A stretch of DNA of 64,000 bases, taken from NCBI GenBank assembly GCA_028825115.1, contig JAPKAV010000006.1, positions 259 to 64,258 of the forward strand, read 5' to 3'. The notes under the pieces are model-generated. The model ran no database searches and was not told where the DNA came from. It saw only the letters and a list, made by a program, of their open reading frames with translations. Positions within the stretch are counted from its first letter, which is position 1, and the number at the start of each line of letters is the position of its first letter. The translations under genes and the position numbers were made by a program. The stretch is from Candidatus Nanopelagicales bacterium (GTDB lineage Bacteria > Actinomycetota > Actinomycetes > S36-B12). Positions 10,339-20,830 of the stretch are shown piece by piece.

Positions 10339-10914
10339 TCAACTAGTTGGCCATGATTCAACCTGACCGTACCAAAGTTTAGAGTCACCGTAACCACGCT
10401 CCCACACATATCGCAAAAAGTGGGGTGCAACTGTGCCAAACGGTGAAGGAGAGCGGGTGCCCCGCTCACACACGAGCAGTGCTTCATCTAGGAGCGTGCT
10501 GGCACTGAGTTTCGCCAAAAACCGCTGCACTTCACCGTCAGAATGGGCATAAGGCGGGTCAAGAAAGACGATGTCTACCTGTGCTTGGGGAATCCATGAA
10601 TACGCATCAGCCTTCAATGACCGAACATCAAGGCCGCAATCGGCCACATTGCGCTCGATAGTTGCATGTGCTGAAGAATCGTTCTCGATCAGAACCACCT
10701 CGCGAGCACCACGACTCTTGGCCTCGAGCCCAATCGCACCCGAGCCGGCGAATAGATCGACAAAACTCACGTGTGACCACTGCAGATTCGATTGCGCTAG
10801 ATAAGAATCAATGCTGGAAAATAGGGCTTCCCGCATCCGATCAGAGCTTGGCCGCGTACCAATTTTGGGAACCTGAAGTTTTCGCCCGCGAGCTGACCCG
10901 GAGATGATTCGCAT
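10339..10914 (-). CDS. rsmD: 16S rRNA m2G966 methyltransferase
   Basis: MRIISGSARGR, TRPSSDRMREALF, DLFAGSGA, DPPY. Confidence 0.95.
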   Translation of the reverse strand: MRIISGSARGRKLQVPKIGTRPSSDRMREALFSSIDSYLAQSNLQWSHVSFVDLFAGSGAIGLEAKSRGAREVVLIENDSSAHATIERNVADCGLDVRSLKADAYSWIPQAQVDIVFLDPPYAHSDGEVQRFLAKLSASTLLDEALLVCERGTRSPSPFGTVAPHFLRYVWERGYGDSKLWYGQVESWPTS

Positions 10915-13073
10915 TAAGACTTTTCCAAGTACTCAGCACGCTGAATCTCAAAAATATCGATTGTTTCCATCACTTGGCCCCAAAGCTTGCTGGTAAATAA
11001 CTCGTCAATGTCCTGGCGTACTTTATCAATGAAGTCCAGGTCGTCGATTACCTTAAGTAAGCGAAGTGAACTCAATGCACCAGATTGATCTTGCCCCAGC
11101 ACATCGCCTTCGCCTCGAATCTCAAGGTCCTTCTGGGAAAGCGCGAACCCATCACGCGAATCCCGTACGGCTTCGAGTCGATCAGTGGACGCAGCACTTT
11201 GCGTACTTCCGTGAACCAAAATGCACACGCCTGGTTTAGACCCACGACCAATCCGCCCCCGCAACTGATGCAATTGAGAAATGCCAAATCTTTCTGCGTT
11301 GAGCACGATAATCATCGTTGCAATAGGAATGTCTACACCGACTTCGATCACGGTCGTCGCGATCAAAACATCAACTTTCGGCTCCGCGAAGCCTTCGAAT
11401 CGGCGCATGGCTTCGCGTTTGGCGTTCGAGTCCAAAGCTCCATGCAGTTTTTCAAATGAAATTTGCGGATACCGTGCTGTCAACGAGTCATAAGTTTCTT
11501 CAACCGAAGCAAGTGGCTCACGGCCTGATGATTTATCGCTTTTTGGGTCCGTTTCCGGCGGTGAGATACTCGGACACACGACAAAAACGCGATTTCCTGC
11601 AGCAGCCTCTTCAGCCATGCGTTCCCACACCCGTTCTACAAACCGGGGTCTACCAGAAGTGGGTACTAGAAAGGTCTGAATTTCTGCTCGCAATTTTGGG
11701 GACTCGACCAATGTCGAAACGTCTAGGTCACCAAAAACAGTTAGCGCAACGGTCCTAGGGATCGGGGTCGCCGTCATTACCAACAGGTGCGGCCGCAACT
11801 CGTCTTGGCCTTTTGTCAACATTATTGCTCGCTGCTCAACTCCAAACCGATGTTGCTCGTCGATCACAATCAGACCTAAGTCGAAGAACGCAACATTGTC
11901 TTCAAGGAGTGCATGAGTTCCGATAAGAATATCGATGTCTCCACTTTGAGTATCTAGCAGGATCTTGCGACGATTTGGCACTGACATGGCACCGGTAAGC
12001 AGCTCAACATGAATCGGCCGCGAGGTAACCCCCTTCAAGAATCTTCGCAAGGATTCATAGTGCTGAACTGCGAGCACCTCAGTGGGCGCGAGCAAAGCGA
12101 TCTGCCCGCCAGATTCAATAACTGTGAGCATCGCGCGAATCGACACAATCGTTTTTCCGCTACCCACATCTCCTTGCAGGAGCCTGGTCATGGGGACACC
12201 TTGCGCTAGGTCCGCAGCGATCTCCTCCCCCACCATAATTTGACCCTGCGTTAAGCCAAATGGAAGTGAACTATCAAACTCGGGAGTCAGCGCGGAATCG
12301 CTCCCACCTCGAGCGAGTGCGAGTGCGGACTTGGCGTTGCTCTTGCGCTGGCGCATCAGGGCTAAAAGAACAAACGCTTCTTCGTACTTTATCCGTTCGG
12401 TCGCTCTAACAATTTCACCATGATTCTTTGGCTGGTGGATCGCATGAAGTGATTCGATTTTAGTCATGAAGCCGTGCTTGATCACCAATTCTGTCGGAAG
12501 TGGGTCGGTCAACCGATCAGCTGAGGCGAGAACTACGTCGATGGCCGCTTGAATTTGCCATGAAGCAAGTGATTGGGAACTTGGATAGACCGGGATAATT
12601 TCCCCGGTGAATTCGGTGATTGCATCGATTTCCTCTGCCACCCCGTTTCCAGTGTCGGTAAAAAGCGCATACTGCGGATGGGCCAGCGTTCGTACTCCGC
12701 GAAATTCTGACACCGTCCCGGCAAACAAGCCGATTCGACCGACTTTCAATTCCCGCTCACGCCATTTTTGGTTAAAAAATGTGAGTTCCATAGATTCGAC
12801 ACCGTCAGAGACACTTACAACCAAGATGAACCCACGCTTTTGTTGCATGCGCCGAGAGTCAACACCTCTAATGGTGGCCAAAATAGTTACCGGAACGCCC
12901 ACTTCGACTTTGTCAAAGGGTGTCAAATTTCCTCGGTCAAGGTACCTACGTGGGTAATGGTTGAGTAGCCCACCGGCAGTGGTGATTCCAAATGCCTTTT
13001 CCACACTTGCCGCACTTTTCCCTCCGATTAACTCCTTCAGGGTAGTGGTAAGAAAATTTTTTCGACCGCTCAC
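10914..13073 (-). CDS. recG: ATP-dependent DNA helicase RecG
   Basis: QGDVGSGKT, DEQHRFG, TATPIPRT, QLHQLRGRIGR; likely start is GTG 13073, just after the DAK2 stop. Confidence 0.96.
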   Translation of the reverse strand: MSGRKNFLTTTLKELIGGKSAASVEKAFGITTAGGLLNHYPRRYLDRGNLTPFDKVEVGVPVTILATIRGVDSRRMQQKRGFILVVSVSDGVESMELTFFNQKWRERELKVGRIGLFAGTVSEFRGVRTLAHPQYALFTDTGNGVAEEIDAITEFTGEIIPVYPSSQSLASWQIQAAIDVVLASADRLTDPLPTELVIKHGFMTKIESLHAIHQPKNHGEIVRATERIKYEEAFVLLALMRQRKSNAKSALALARGGSDSALTPEFDSSLPFGLTQGQIMVGEEIAADLAQGVPMTRLLQGDVGSGKTIVSIRAMLTVIESGGQIALLAPTEVLAVQHYESLRRFLKGVTSRPIHVELLTGAMSVPNRRKILLDTQSGDIDILIGTHALLEDNVAFFDLGLIVIDEQHRFGVEQRAIMLTKGQDELRPHLLVMTATPIPRTVALTVFGDLDVSTLVESPKLRAEIQTFLVPTSGRPRFVERVWERMAEEAAAGNRVFVVCPSISPPETDPKSDKSSGREPLASVEETYDSLTARYPQISFEKLHGALDSNAKREAMRRFEGFAEPKVDVLIATTVIEVGVDIPIATMIIVLNAERFGISQLHQLRGRIGRGSKPGVCILVHGSTQSAASTDRLEAVRDSRDGFALSQKDLEIRGEGDVLGQDQSGALSSLRLLKVIDDLDFIDKVRQDIDELFTSKLWGQVMETIDIFEIQRAEYLEKS

Positions 13074-13074
13074 G

Positions 13075-14706
13075 CTACTCGACTCCGAAAATAAACGGCC
13101 ATAGCGGCTGCTCTCCTGAAACGAATTCACACTCAATCAATGGGTAGCCGGTCTTAATCCAGGCAAGTAATGATTCGATGTGGACATCGGTGACTTCGGC
13201 ACCCGTGACTATCGTCAGTAACTCGGCACCCGGCGCCAACATGCGTCTGAGCACACTTCTACTTGACGCTACAAGATCGCTATCAATGGCACTAATTTCT
13301 CCGTCAATGAGGCCCAGGTAGTCACCCGTCTTGCATGCACCAGCCATGGTTAATACGTCTCGGGTTGCTCGGGTGATTGCTCCATAGTGTGTTGCTCCCG
13401 CAGCCCGCGTCATGGCAACCACATCCTGATCGAAGTCCAACACAGGATCATGAATGGCGACTGCGGCTAGTGACTGCGTAATCGCACGACTGGGAATCAC
13501 CGACACCCGATAGCCCATGCTCCGCAAGTAAGAAGCAGCAATATCAGCGACTGGATGCGTATCCCGATCCGCCGGAAGGATCACGACCTCCTTGGCTTCA
13601 TTTCCACTGATGACGGAGATGATCTCAGCGGCAGATGGCTGCTGCCGTGCAGGCGTGGCAATGCATATCACGCCTAATGATTCCAATAATCGACGAATGC
13701 CTTCGCCGTGAGTGACCGCAAGCAAAATTCGAGACCGCCGTGTCTGGGCTTGTGCACGCTCTTGCGAAATTGAGTGGAGTTCCAGTGGAACAACGGAAAC
13801 CTGCCTAACCACCCCGCGCTCCAAACCCGCATTGATGCAATCAGAGACTCGATTCAACGCAGAGTGGACGTGCACCTTCCACAAAGAATCGAATCCGGCG
13901 ATCATCACGCTCGTACCCACGCCTTCCAAAGCCTCTTGTAATGGAGCCTTATCCACCGCTTCAAAGTCATACATGACCTCACATTCGACAGCAGTGCTGT
14001 TGGATTCGTACTGCACCGCCGCCGGGGCAAACTCACCCAGTGGCTGCACAGCGTGTTCAACCCGCCGTGGCGTCTCACCCGTCAGGACCGTAACCAGTGC
14101 GTCTAGAACCACGACCAGTCCCCGGCCTCCAGCGTCAACTACCCCTGCGTCGCGTAATACTGCCAACAATTCCGGGGTGTGCAGTAGCGCGGTATATGCC
14201 GCATCCGCCGCTGCGGTGGCAACCTTCGCTAAGTCTTCCCCCTGAGCCGTGACGCGCGAAGCTTCTTGGGCCGCTCGTGCGGCAACCGTAAGGATTGTTC
14301 CTTCCCAGGGAACCGCTACCGCATGATATGCACCACGAGCACCGTGGGACAACGCCTGAGCGAAATTTTCCGGACTCGTCGCGATCTCTGACATGAGGTC
14401 GCGCAAGAACGCTGAGAAAATCACTCCTGAATTCCCTCGGGCGCCCAAGATCGCGGCCTTACCCACCCAGTGGGCCGCTTGGGCCAAGTCATCGGCTGGC
14501 TCCCTCAACGCCGTGCAGGCAGCCTCCACCGTGAGATACAGATTCGTGCCGGTGTCGCCATCGGGGACCGGGAACACATTCAGAGCATCGATTTCAGCAC
14601 GAGCCACCCGTAATGCACCCTGTGCTTGGATCAGCCACGAGTGCAATATGGGCACGGTTATTTCTGTGATGGGGGCATGAGTGATCTGTGACCTTTGCTC
14701 GGCCAT
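13075..14706 (-). CDS. DAK2-domain fusion protein (fatty acid kinase subunit A-like)
   Basis: IDALNVFPVPDGDTGTNL, GARGNSGVI, GVVDAGG, VHVH; synteny with recG and rpmB. Confidence 0.93.
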   Translation of the reverse strand: MAEQRSQITHAPITEITVPILHSWLIQAQGALRVARAEIDALNVFPVPDGDTGTNLYLTVEAACTALREPADDLAQAAHWVGKAAILGARGNSGVIFSAFLRDLMSEIATSPENFAQALSHGARGAYHAVAVPWEGTILTVAARAAQEASRVTAQGEDLAKVATAAADAAYTALLHTPELLAVLRDAGVVDAGGRGLVVVLDALVTVLTGETPRRVEHAVQPLGEFAPAAVQYESNSTAVECEVMYDFEAVDKAPLQEALEGVGTSVMIAGFDSLWKVHVHSALNRVSDCINAGLERGVVRQVSVVPLELHSISQERAQAQTRRSRILLAVTHGEGIRRLLESLGVICIATPARQQPSAAEIISVISGNEAKEVVILPADRDTHPVADIAASYLRSMGYRVSVIPSRAITQSLAAVAIHDPVLDFDQDVVAMTRAAGATHYGAITRATRDVLTMAGACKTGDYLGLIDGEISAIDSDLVASSRSVLRRMLAPGAELLTIVTGAEVTDVHIESLLAWIKTGYPLIECEFVSGEQPLWPFIFGVE

Positions 14707-14891
14707 GGCCCCTCCTTCACTTTGTAGCAGTGGATCGGCTATTCTTCCTCAGGTTTAACATGAGTACTCTAAAGGAACCAGCTAGAGCCAGTGCCTAAGT
14801 GCACGACTCTCGTGTAATCCTTGCGCATGAGACCCTGACAACCAACCGGATCCGTCTGGATCCATTGTTTTAATCTGACGAAGGAGTCATT

Positions 14892-15083
14892 GTGGCTGCA
14901 AACTGCGACATCTGCGGGAAGGGCCCTAGCTTCGGCCATAACGTTTCTCATTCACAGCGTAAGACCAATCGTCGCTGGAATCCGAATATCCAGCGCGTTC
15001 GCGCTCTGGTTGGCAAAACCCCCAAGCGACTCAATGTGTGTACTTCCTGCATCAAAGCGGGCAAAGTGGTGCGCGCCTCCTAA
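14892..15083 (+). CDS. rpmB: 50S ribosomal protein L28 (Zn-binding form)
   Basis: [30 protein letters not shown]...CTSC; AAGGAG RBS. Confidence 0.97.
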   Translation: MAANCDICGKGPSFGHNVSHSQRKTNRRWNPNIQRVRALVGKTPKRLNVCTSCIKAGKVVRAS

Positions 15084-15086
15084 AAC

Positions 15087-16079
15087 CTAGGAGGAAAAGT
15101 GTCTAAAGCCCGGCACTTGTTCAAAAGCATCCGCATACGCGACACCGTCAATAAGGACAGCTCCAACCGGTGCGGGAGCTACTTTCCCAATCGCAGTAAA
15201 GCCCCTTGGCATCCTCTTCTTTGGTGGGAAAGTTGCCACGATCGCGTGATCATCGCCTCCTGCGAGGATCCACCCCATGGGGTCGACTCCAAATGCGGCC
15301 GCGGTCGAGACAAGTTCTTCTGGCACAGCAATTTTTTTTGTGTCAAGTTCAATGCATACCCCGGAGCCTCGCGCAATGTGCTCAAGGTCAGCCACCAGAC
15401 CATCAGAAATATCAATCATTGAAGTCGCCCCACTTTTGGCAGCGCGAGCACCCGCGGAGTAGTCAATATTGGGCACTCTAAACGCATCCACTAAAACCCG
15501 AGGAGACCGTAATCCCCGTTGCAAAACCCGGAGCCCCGCGGCGGCCATACCCGATCTGCCACAAATTCCCACTGTGTCTCCCGCACCAGCACCACTTCGA
15601 GCCAGCGCTGCTCCCGAAAGGAGGTGACCAATTGCCGTCACCGAAATCACAATATTCTCGCAATCGCTGACATCACCACCCAAGACCACTGCACCGGCGC
15701 TATCTGCTTCCTCCATAAAGCCCGCGAGAAACTCGCCGGCCCAATGACTAGTTGTGCTCCCCGGCATCCCGATCGCGAGCAAAACGCCCGCCGGCTGCGC
15801 CCCCATGGCACACACGTCTGCCATCGAGGCTGCAGCGCAACGACGACCAATCTCGATTCCCGTTGACCAGTCCGTACGAAAATGCTTGCCTTCTGCATAC
15901 ATATCCACGCTGAGAGCGAGCGACGAGCCCTCAGTACTAATGACAGCCGCGTCGTCACCAGCAGGAACCTCGACGCCGATTCCGGAAATCTTGGCCGCAT
16001 TGATTTGCGAGAGGATCTTTGTGACAAGTCCTAATTCCCCGAGGTCTGCAAGGGTTTCACTAGCGGCTTCTGGACTCAC
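15087..16079 (-). CDS. thiL: Thiamine-monophosphate kinase
   Basis: LGELGL, GDDAAV, HFRTDW, GGD, MIDISDGL. Confidence 0.95.
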   Translation of the reverse strand: MSPEAASETLADLGELGLVTKILSQINAAKISGIGVEVPAGDDAAVISTEGSSLALSVDMYAEGKHFRTDWSTGIEIGRRCAAASMADVCAMGAQPAGVLLAIGMPGSTTSHWAGEFLAGFMEEADSAGAVVLGGDVSDCENIVISVTAIGHLLSGAALARSGAGAGDTVGICGRSGMAAAGLRVLQRGLRSPRVLVDAFRVPNIDYSAGARAAKSGATSMIDISDGLVADLEHIARGSGVCIELDTKKIAVPEELVSTAAAFGVDPMGWILAGGDDHAIVATFPPKKRMPRGFTAIGKVAPAPVGAVLIDGVAYADAFEQVPGFRHFSS

Positions 16080-16141
16080 AGCTTTGAGCCTTTCTGTTGA
16101 TCAACTGGGAAAAGCACCCGGTTCAAATATAGAGTGGGGTC

Positions 16142-16381
16142 ATGTCGGTGCAAGCATATGTATTAATTCAAACCGAAGTCGGTAAGGCGGCCACCGTCGT
16201 CGAGTCGATTCGCGCTATTTCTGGGGTCGCCGTCGCCGAGGACGTCACTGGACCATACGACGTAATTGTTAAAGCCGAGGCCCGAACCATGGACGAACTC
16301 GGAAGGCTTGTCGTCGCCAAGATTCAAGCGGTTTCGGGTATCACCAGAACATTGACCTGTCCCATTGTGAACCTTGTATAA
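16142..16381 (+). CDS. Stand-alone Lrp/AsnC ligand-binding (RAM) domain protein
   Basis: VQAYVLIQTEVGK...VTGPYDVI...GITRTLTCP; typical neighbour of thiL. Confidence 0.9.
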   Translation: MSVQAYVLIQTEVGKAATVVESIRAISGVAVAEDVTGPYDVIVKAEARTMDELGRLVVAKIQAVSGITRTLTCPIVNLV

Positions 16382-16811
16382 CAACAGAGCGGCGATTGCT
16401 TGTGGCCTTATCTTTTTAGCAAGCCTGACTGCTTGTAGTTCACCTTTGCGCGTGGAACCGGGTGAGGAATCAGAGAGCCAATTTTGTACCGAACTTGGTG
16501 CGATCCTGCCCGTAAGCATGGAGGGTGCGTTGTTACGCAACAGCAATCCAGATTCCCCCGGAACGAAAGCTTGGGGTGATCCGGCAATCGTGGCGCGATG
16601 TGGGGTTGCAGTACCCACAACTTATTCCGCTACCAGCCAGCTTCTCGAGGTTGATGGGGTCACTTGGTACCCCGAAGAATTGCAGGCCGGCGTGCGATTC
16701 ACTTCACTTCAGACTCCTGAATTAGTCGAAGTGTCTATACCGAGCGCTTACGAATCAACGGCTGACATCCTCACCGAATTAAGCTTAGATATTAGCTCTC
16801 TCACACCTTAA
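16374..16811 (+). CDS. DUF3515-family putative lipoprotein
   Basis: Lipobox LTAC, AWGDPAIVARCGV, VDGVTW; synteny between thiL and ddl. Confidence 0.8.
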   Translation: MYNNRAAIACGLIFLASLTACSSPLRVEPGEESESQFCTELGAILPVSMEGALLRNSNPDSPGTKAWGDPAIVARCGVAVPTTYSATSQLLEVDGVTWYPEELQAGVRFTSLQTPELVEVSIPSAYESTADILTELSLDISSLTP

Positions 16812-16814
16812 TTT

Positions 16815-17888
16815 TCACAGAGCCGCACGCACCAGTCGATCAACGATCTTCGGGAAACTCACTCCAGCTTGCTGCCACATTCGAGCAAACATCGATATTG
16901 GGGTGAAACCAGGGATCGTATTAATCTCGTTGAAAATAATTCGATCACCATCAAGGAAAAAGTCAACTCGTGCATAGCCCGTACATCCCAACAACATAAA
17001 AACATGAACCGCGAGACGCTGGATTTCACGCACCACCTCAGGATCAAGGTCAGCTGGAACTATCAATTCCGCGCCATCGCTAATATATTTTGCTTCAAAG
17101 TCATAAAACGGAAATTGATCTTTAACTTTTATCTCACCGACTGGGCTTGCTTCAACACCAGATTCACCCACTAGCACGCCCACTTCCAATTCCCGTGGGT
17201 TGGCTAAACCTTGTTCGACAATCACGTCAGGACACGAATGAAAAGCGTGCTGGCATGCCAGCTCGTAATCTTCTATTTGATTCACCATAGAAATGCCAAT
17301 AGATGAACCACCGGACACCGGCTTAACAAACCAGGGGAAAGGAAATGCATGTGTCGGCGGTCCGACTGTCATTGCCGCTGAGCTCTGGGGGAACCAGTTG
17401 CCAGCATCGACGCCAGCTGCGCGGACTAACTCTTTAGTTGTTAACTTATTCATGCAGATTGCTGATGCCTGCACACCCGAACCGACCACCGGGATTCCCA
17501 TGCTGTGACATACACCTTGAATTGCCCCGTCTTCCCCACCGACGCCATGCAGAACCGGAAAGACAACCAAAATGGGGCTGAATTCACCGTCGATCTCAAT
17601 CCCGGGCGCACTCGCATTCATGACCAAGCGCACAACTTGATCACGTTTGCCTACCTCAGGGTAATGATTGGCAGTGATTTCATAGGACTCAACTTCAAAA
17701 GGGGCGACCTCGACCCAGGTGCCGTCTGAAGTAATCCCAATGCACAAAACCTTGTAGCCCAAATCGAGAAGGGCGGCAAGTACCGACTTCGCGCTCAGAC
17801 ATGAAATGGAGTGCTCCGGACTCCTCCCGCCAAAGACAAGAGCAACCACCCCGGGAGCCGAACTCACAGAATTAGACATTAACTGCAT
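16815..17888 (-). CDS. ddl: D-alanine--D-alanine ligase
   Basis: FGGRSPEHSIS, FPVLHGVGGEDG, GSSIG, FYDFEAKY, NEINTIPGFT; true start at 17888 or 17879, not 18200. Confidence 0.95.
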   Translation of the reverse strand: MQLMSNSVSSAPGVVALVFGGRSPEHSISCLSAKSVLAALLDLGYKVLCIGITSDGTWVEVAPFEVESYEITANHYPEVGKRDQVVRLVMNASAPGIEIDGEFSPILVVFPVLHGVGGEDGAIQGVCHSMGIPVVGSGVQASAICMNKLTTKELVRAAGVDAGNWFPQSSAAMTVGPPTHAFPFPWFVKPVSGGSSIGISMVNQIEDYELACQHAFHSCPDVIVEQGLANPRELEVGVLVGESGVEASPVGEIKVKDQFPFYDFEAKYISDGAELIVPADLDPEVVREIQRLAVHVFMLLGCTGYARVDFFLDGDRIIFNEINTIPGFTPISMFARMWQQAGVSFPKIVDRLVRAAL

Positions 17889-17962
17889 GTCCTCACCGTA
17901 CCGGAATGCATTTGCCCCATCTGGGAGCCCAATCTGCAAGGTGTCCCTAATAGAATGTGAGC

Positions 17963-19018
17963 GTGGATGCCAAGGACCTTGACCCCAGTACTCGGGTTGT
18001 GAGCTCGGGAAGACCCGCTGCGCAGCCCGACAATCCTGTGAATGCGCCAATCGTGCCCGCCTCAACTTTTCATGCGGGTGGTCAATTGGAATATGGGCGG
18101 GAAAATAACCCGACTGCCGCCGCGCTTGAATTGGCATTGGGCGAATTGGACGGTGGCGAAGCTCTTGTTTTCTCGTCGGGCATGGCGGCGGCGAATGCAT
18201 TGATGGACATATGGCCGGTGGGAACTTGTGTAATTGCGCCTAATACGGCCTACACGGGTGTAGCAGTCCGACTCCGTGAACTACACGAACGCGGTCAGAT
18301 CGAGCTCACCACTTGCAATGTGACAAACACCGAATTGATCCTGAGTCTGCTCCCCCAGTCCCAGGTACTCTGGATTGAATCACCCACCAATCCACTCCTT
18401 GAGGTCGCAGAGCTTGAGGTGCTCATGGGTCGGGCTCGTGCCCACGGAGTCACCACAATTGTGGACAACACATTTGCCAGCCCGGTGCGTCAAAAGCCAC
18501 TCGCTATGGGCGCAGATTTTGTTTTGCATAGTGTTACCAAGGTTCTTAGTGGTCACTCAGACTTGCTTATGGGAGCTGTTATTACGCGGGAACATGCCGA
18601 CTGGGAAAAACTCCAAGTACGGCGCGTATTGCTCGGCGCAATGCCAAGTGCCTTTGACTGCTACCTAGCCCTGAGAGGATTGCGGACGCTTTTTGTTCGC
18701 TACGAAAGATCCGAGGCTAACGCGATGGCAATAGCCCCCAAGCTCACAGCACATCCCGGTGTATACAGGGTGAGGTATCCAGGTTGGGGCACTATCGCGT
18801 CCATCGAAATTGATGGGGATGCTGATCGAGTGTGTGAAGCAACTCGCCTGTGGACCTATGCAACGAGTCTGGGTGGGGTTGAATCGCTCCTTGAACGACG
18901 GCGTAGGTGGCCACTCGAGAGTGACACGGTTCCTAAGAATCTAATTCGACTTTCATTTGGAATTGAGAATCCCGATGACCTTTGGGCAGACTTAGATCAA
19001 GCGCTTTTGCACAGGTAA
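17963..19018 (+). CDS. Cys/Met metabolism PLP enzyme (cystathionine gamma-synthase/lyase family)
   Basis: YGRENNPT, FSSGMAA, ESPTNP, DNTF, HSVTKVLSGHSD (PLP Lys), TSLGGVESL; TAGAAT-N6-GTG start. Confidence 0.9.
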   Translation: MDAKDLDPSTRVVSSGRPAAQPDNPVNAPIVPASTFHAGGQLEYGRENNPTAAALELALGELDGGEALVFSSGMAAANALMDIWPVGTCVIAPNTAYTGVAVRLRELHERGQIELTTCNVTNTELILSLLPQSQVLWIESPTNPLLEVAELEVLMGRARAHGVTTIVDNTFASPVRQKPLAMGADFVLHSVTKVLSGHSDLLMGAVITREHADWEKLQVRRVLLGAMPSAFDCYLALRGLRTLFVRYERSEANAMAIAPKLTAHPGVYRVRYPGWGTIASIEIDGDADRVCEATRLWTYATSLGGVESLLERRRRWPLESDTVPKNLIRLSFGIENPDDLWADLDQALLHR

Positions 19019-19052
19019 TGACTGCAGATCGCGAAGGCTAAAACTTCAGGTA

Positions 19053-20051
19053 CTACAACTCTGACTTTGTGTCACGCGCCATGAAAGAACTCAATAGGTC
19101 CCGCGGCGGCTTATCAAAATGCAAGACCGCAACAACCTCTGCCGTTATCGGCATTTCAACACCAAGTTTTTGTGCCAACTCCAAGATCGGCTGGCAGCTT
19201 TTAAATGCCTCGCAAGTTTGGTTAGTTACTGCAATTGTTTCTTTGACGGAGAGACCTCTGCCCAGGTTTTCGCCAAATGTGCGATTTCGGGAAAGCGGTG
19301 ATTGGCACGTGGCAACCAAGTCGCCCACCCCGGCCAGCCCCAAAAATGTCAAGGGGTCGGCTCCGAGCGCCACCCCTAATCTGCCAATTTCTGCCAATCC
19401 GCGAGTAATCAAAGAAGATTGAGAATTTTCTCCCAGACCCATGCCTACCGCGATTCCGTTTGCCACCGCAATCACATTTTTGACCGCACCACCAATCTCC
19501 GTCCCGATAACGTCAGTTGTCCAATAGGGGCGGAAGTAGTCGGTTGTACAGGCTCGCTGGATTGCAACTGCGCTGGCTTGCGTCGAGGCCGCAACGGTTG
19601 TTGCTGTAGGTTGACGGGCGATTATTTCCTTCGCCAAATTTGGACCGGAAACAACCGCAATTCGTTGGGGATCAGCCCCTGTTGCTTGGGCTATCACCTC
19701 ACTCATCCGCATTGACGTCCCAAGTTCAATGCCCTTCATCAGGCTCACGAACACGGCTTCGTCCCTTATCCATTGCGCCCAATCCTTTAGGTTGGCCCGC
19801 AGTGATTGCGCTGGCACTGCCAGCACCACAATCTCAGCGCTCTGCAGCGCCTCTTGTGGATCGGTAGTCGCAATAATCGATTCTGGTAAGTCGACGTCCG
19901 GGTGATAGCGACTATTTCTGTGAAACTGGTTGATATCCGCGGCCATTTCTCCATCCCGCGTCCACAGGGTCACTTGGGAACCCGCTTCAGCCAATACGAC
20001 GGCGAACGCCGTACCCCAAGAGCCGCCACCCATTATGGCCACGCGCGTCAC
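19053..20051 (-). CDS. gpsA: NAD(P)H-dependent glycerol-3-phosphate dehydrogenase
   Basis: GGGSWGTA, KGIE, SGPNLA, GGAVKNVIA, GVGDLVATC, SRN. Confidence 0.97.
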   Translation of the reverse strand: MTRVAIMGGGSWGTAFAVVLAEAGSQVTLWTRDGEMAADINQFHRNSRYHPDVDLPESIIATTDPQEALQSAEIVVLAVPAQSLRANLKDWAQWIRDEAVFVSLMKGIELGTSMRMSEVIAQATGADPQRIAVVSGPNLAKEIIARQPTATTVAASTQASAVAIQRACTTDYFRPYWTTDVIGTEIGGAVKNVIAVANGIAVGMGLGENSQSSLITRGLAEIGRLGVALGADPLTFLGLAGVGDLVATCQSPLSRNRTFGENLGRGLSVKETIAVTNQTCEAFKSCQPILELAQKLGVEMPITAEVVAVLHFDKPPRDLLSSFMARDTKSEL

Positions 20052-20830
20052 TGTTCACTCCTTTGATCCACATCATGACGATAGAGCACTGCCGGTGGGG
20101 CTTCTCCTCTGATCTCGCCTTCCATACGTGCCAAGGTGCTCATCAATTGATCCGTGGCCTCGTGAAGTAACTCTGGAGTCCATTTTTGGCCGCGATACTG
20201 GGATAGATCCATGGGCTCGCCCAACCACACATGCATTGTTTTTCGGGGCAGCAACCGCAACTGCTTCTTGTAGGGGCCGATCACATCTTGGGATCCCCAT
20301 TGAACCATTGGATACAGTGGGCAACCAGACTCCAAAGCGATTCGGACCGCACCGGTTTTCCCTTGCATCGGCCATAGATTGGGGTCACGCGTGATAGTGC
20401 CTTCAGGATATACAACGACACATTCACCTGCTTGCGCTGCAACAGACGCATCGCGAAAAGCGAACACAGCCTCACTGGATTCGCGGTACACCCGAATTTG
20501 ACCGGCACTGGAAATTATCCAGCCAAAAATCGGAACCCGAAAAACAGATTCTTTGCCCAAGAATCGAGGGGGCCGATCATGTGCCCAGAGCGGATGGGCC
20601 ACCGCCAAAGGATCAAACCATGAGGTGTGATTTGTTGCCACGACAATTCCACCGTCTTGGTCCCTGAGTTGATCAAATCCACGCCAGTCTCTTTTAGTGA
20701 ATACCATAAGGAACGGCCAGCCAACCAATACCGCGATCCGGAATCCAGTGCCAATCCTCGATTTGCGTGTCGTATGTCTGGGCACCGCATCAGCGTACCT
20801 CGCAACCCTGTTGAATGGGTCCATGTTCAC
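20048..20830 (-). CDS. Lysophospholipid acyltransferase (PlsC family)
   Basis: NHTSWFD (HX4D), YPEGT, KTGAVRIA; start uncertain (20830 or 20824). Confidence 0.92.
   Translation of the reverse strand: MNMDPFNRVARYADAVPRHTTRKSRIGTGFRIAVLVGWPFLMVFTKRDWRGFDQLRDQDGGIVVATNHTSWFDPLAVAHPLWAHDRPPRFLGKESVFRVPIFGWIISSAGQIRVYRESSEAVFAFRDASVAAQAGECVVVYPEGTITRDPNLWPMQGKTGAVRIALESGCPLYPMVQWGSQDVIGPYKKQLRLLPRKTMHVWLGEPMDLSQYRGQKWTPELLHEATDQLMSTLARMEGEIRGEAPPAVLYRHDVDQRSEQ

Noticed and set aside
17889-18200. Long N-terminal extensions in the ORF track (ddl here; also ilvB, ilvC, gatB, cofC, leuA, cimA, recG, meaB)
   Set aside because: They overlap neighbouring genes or leaders, and homology and RBS/-10 signals point to later starts.
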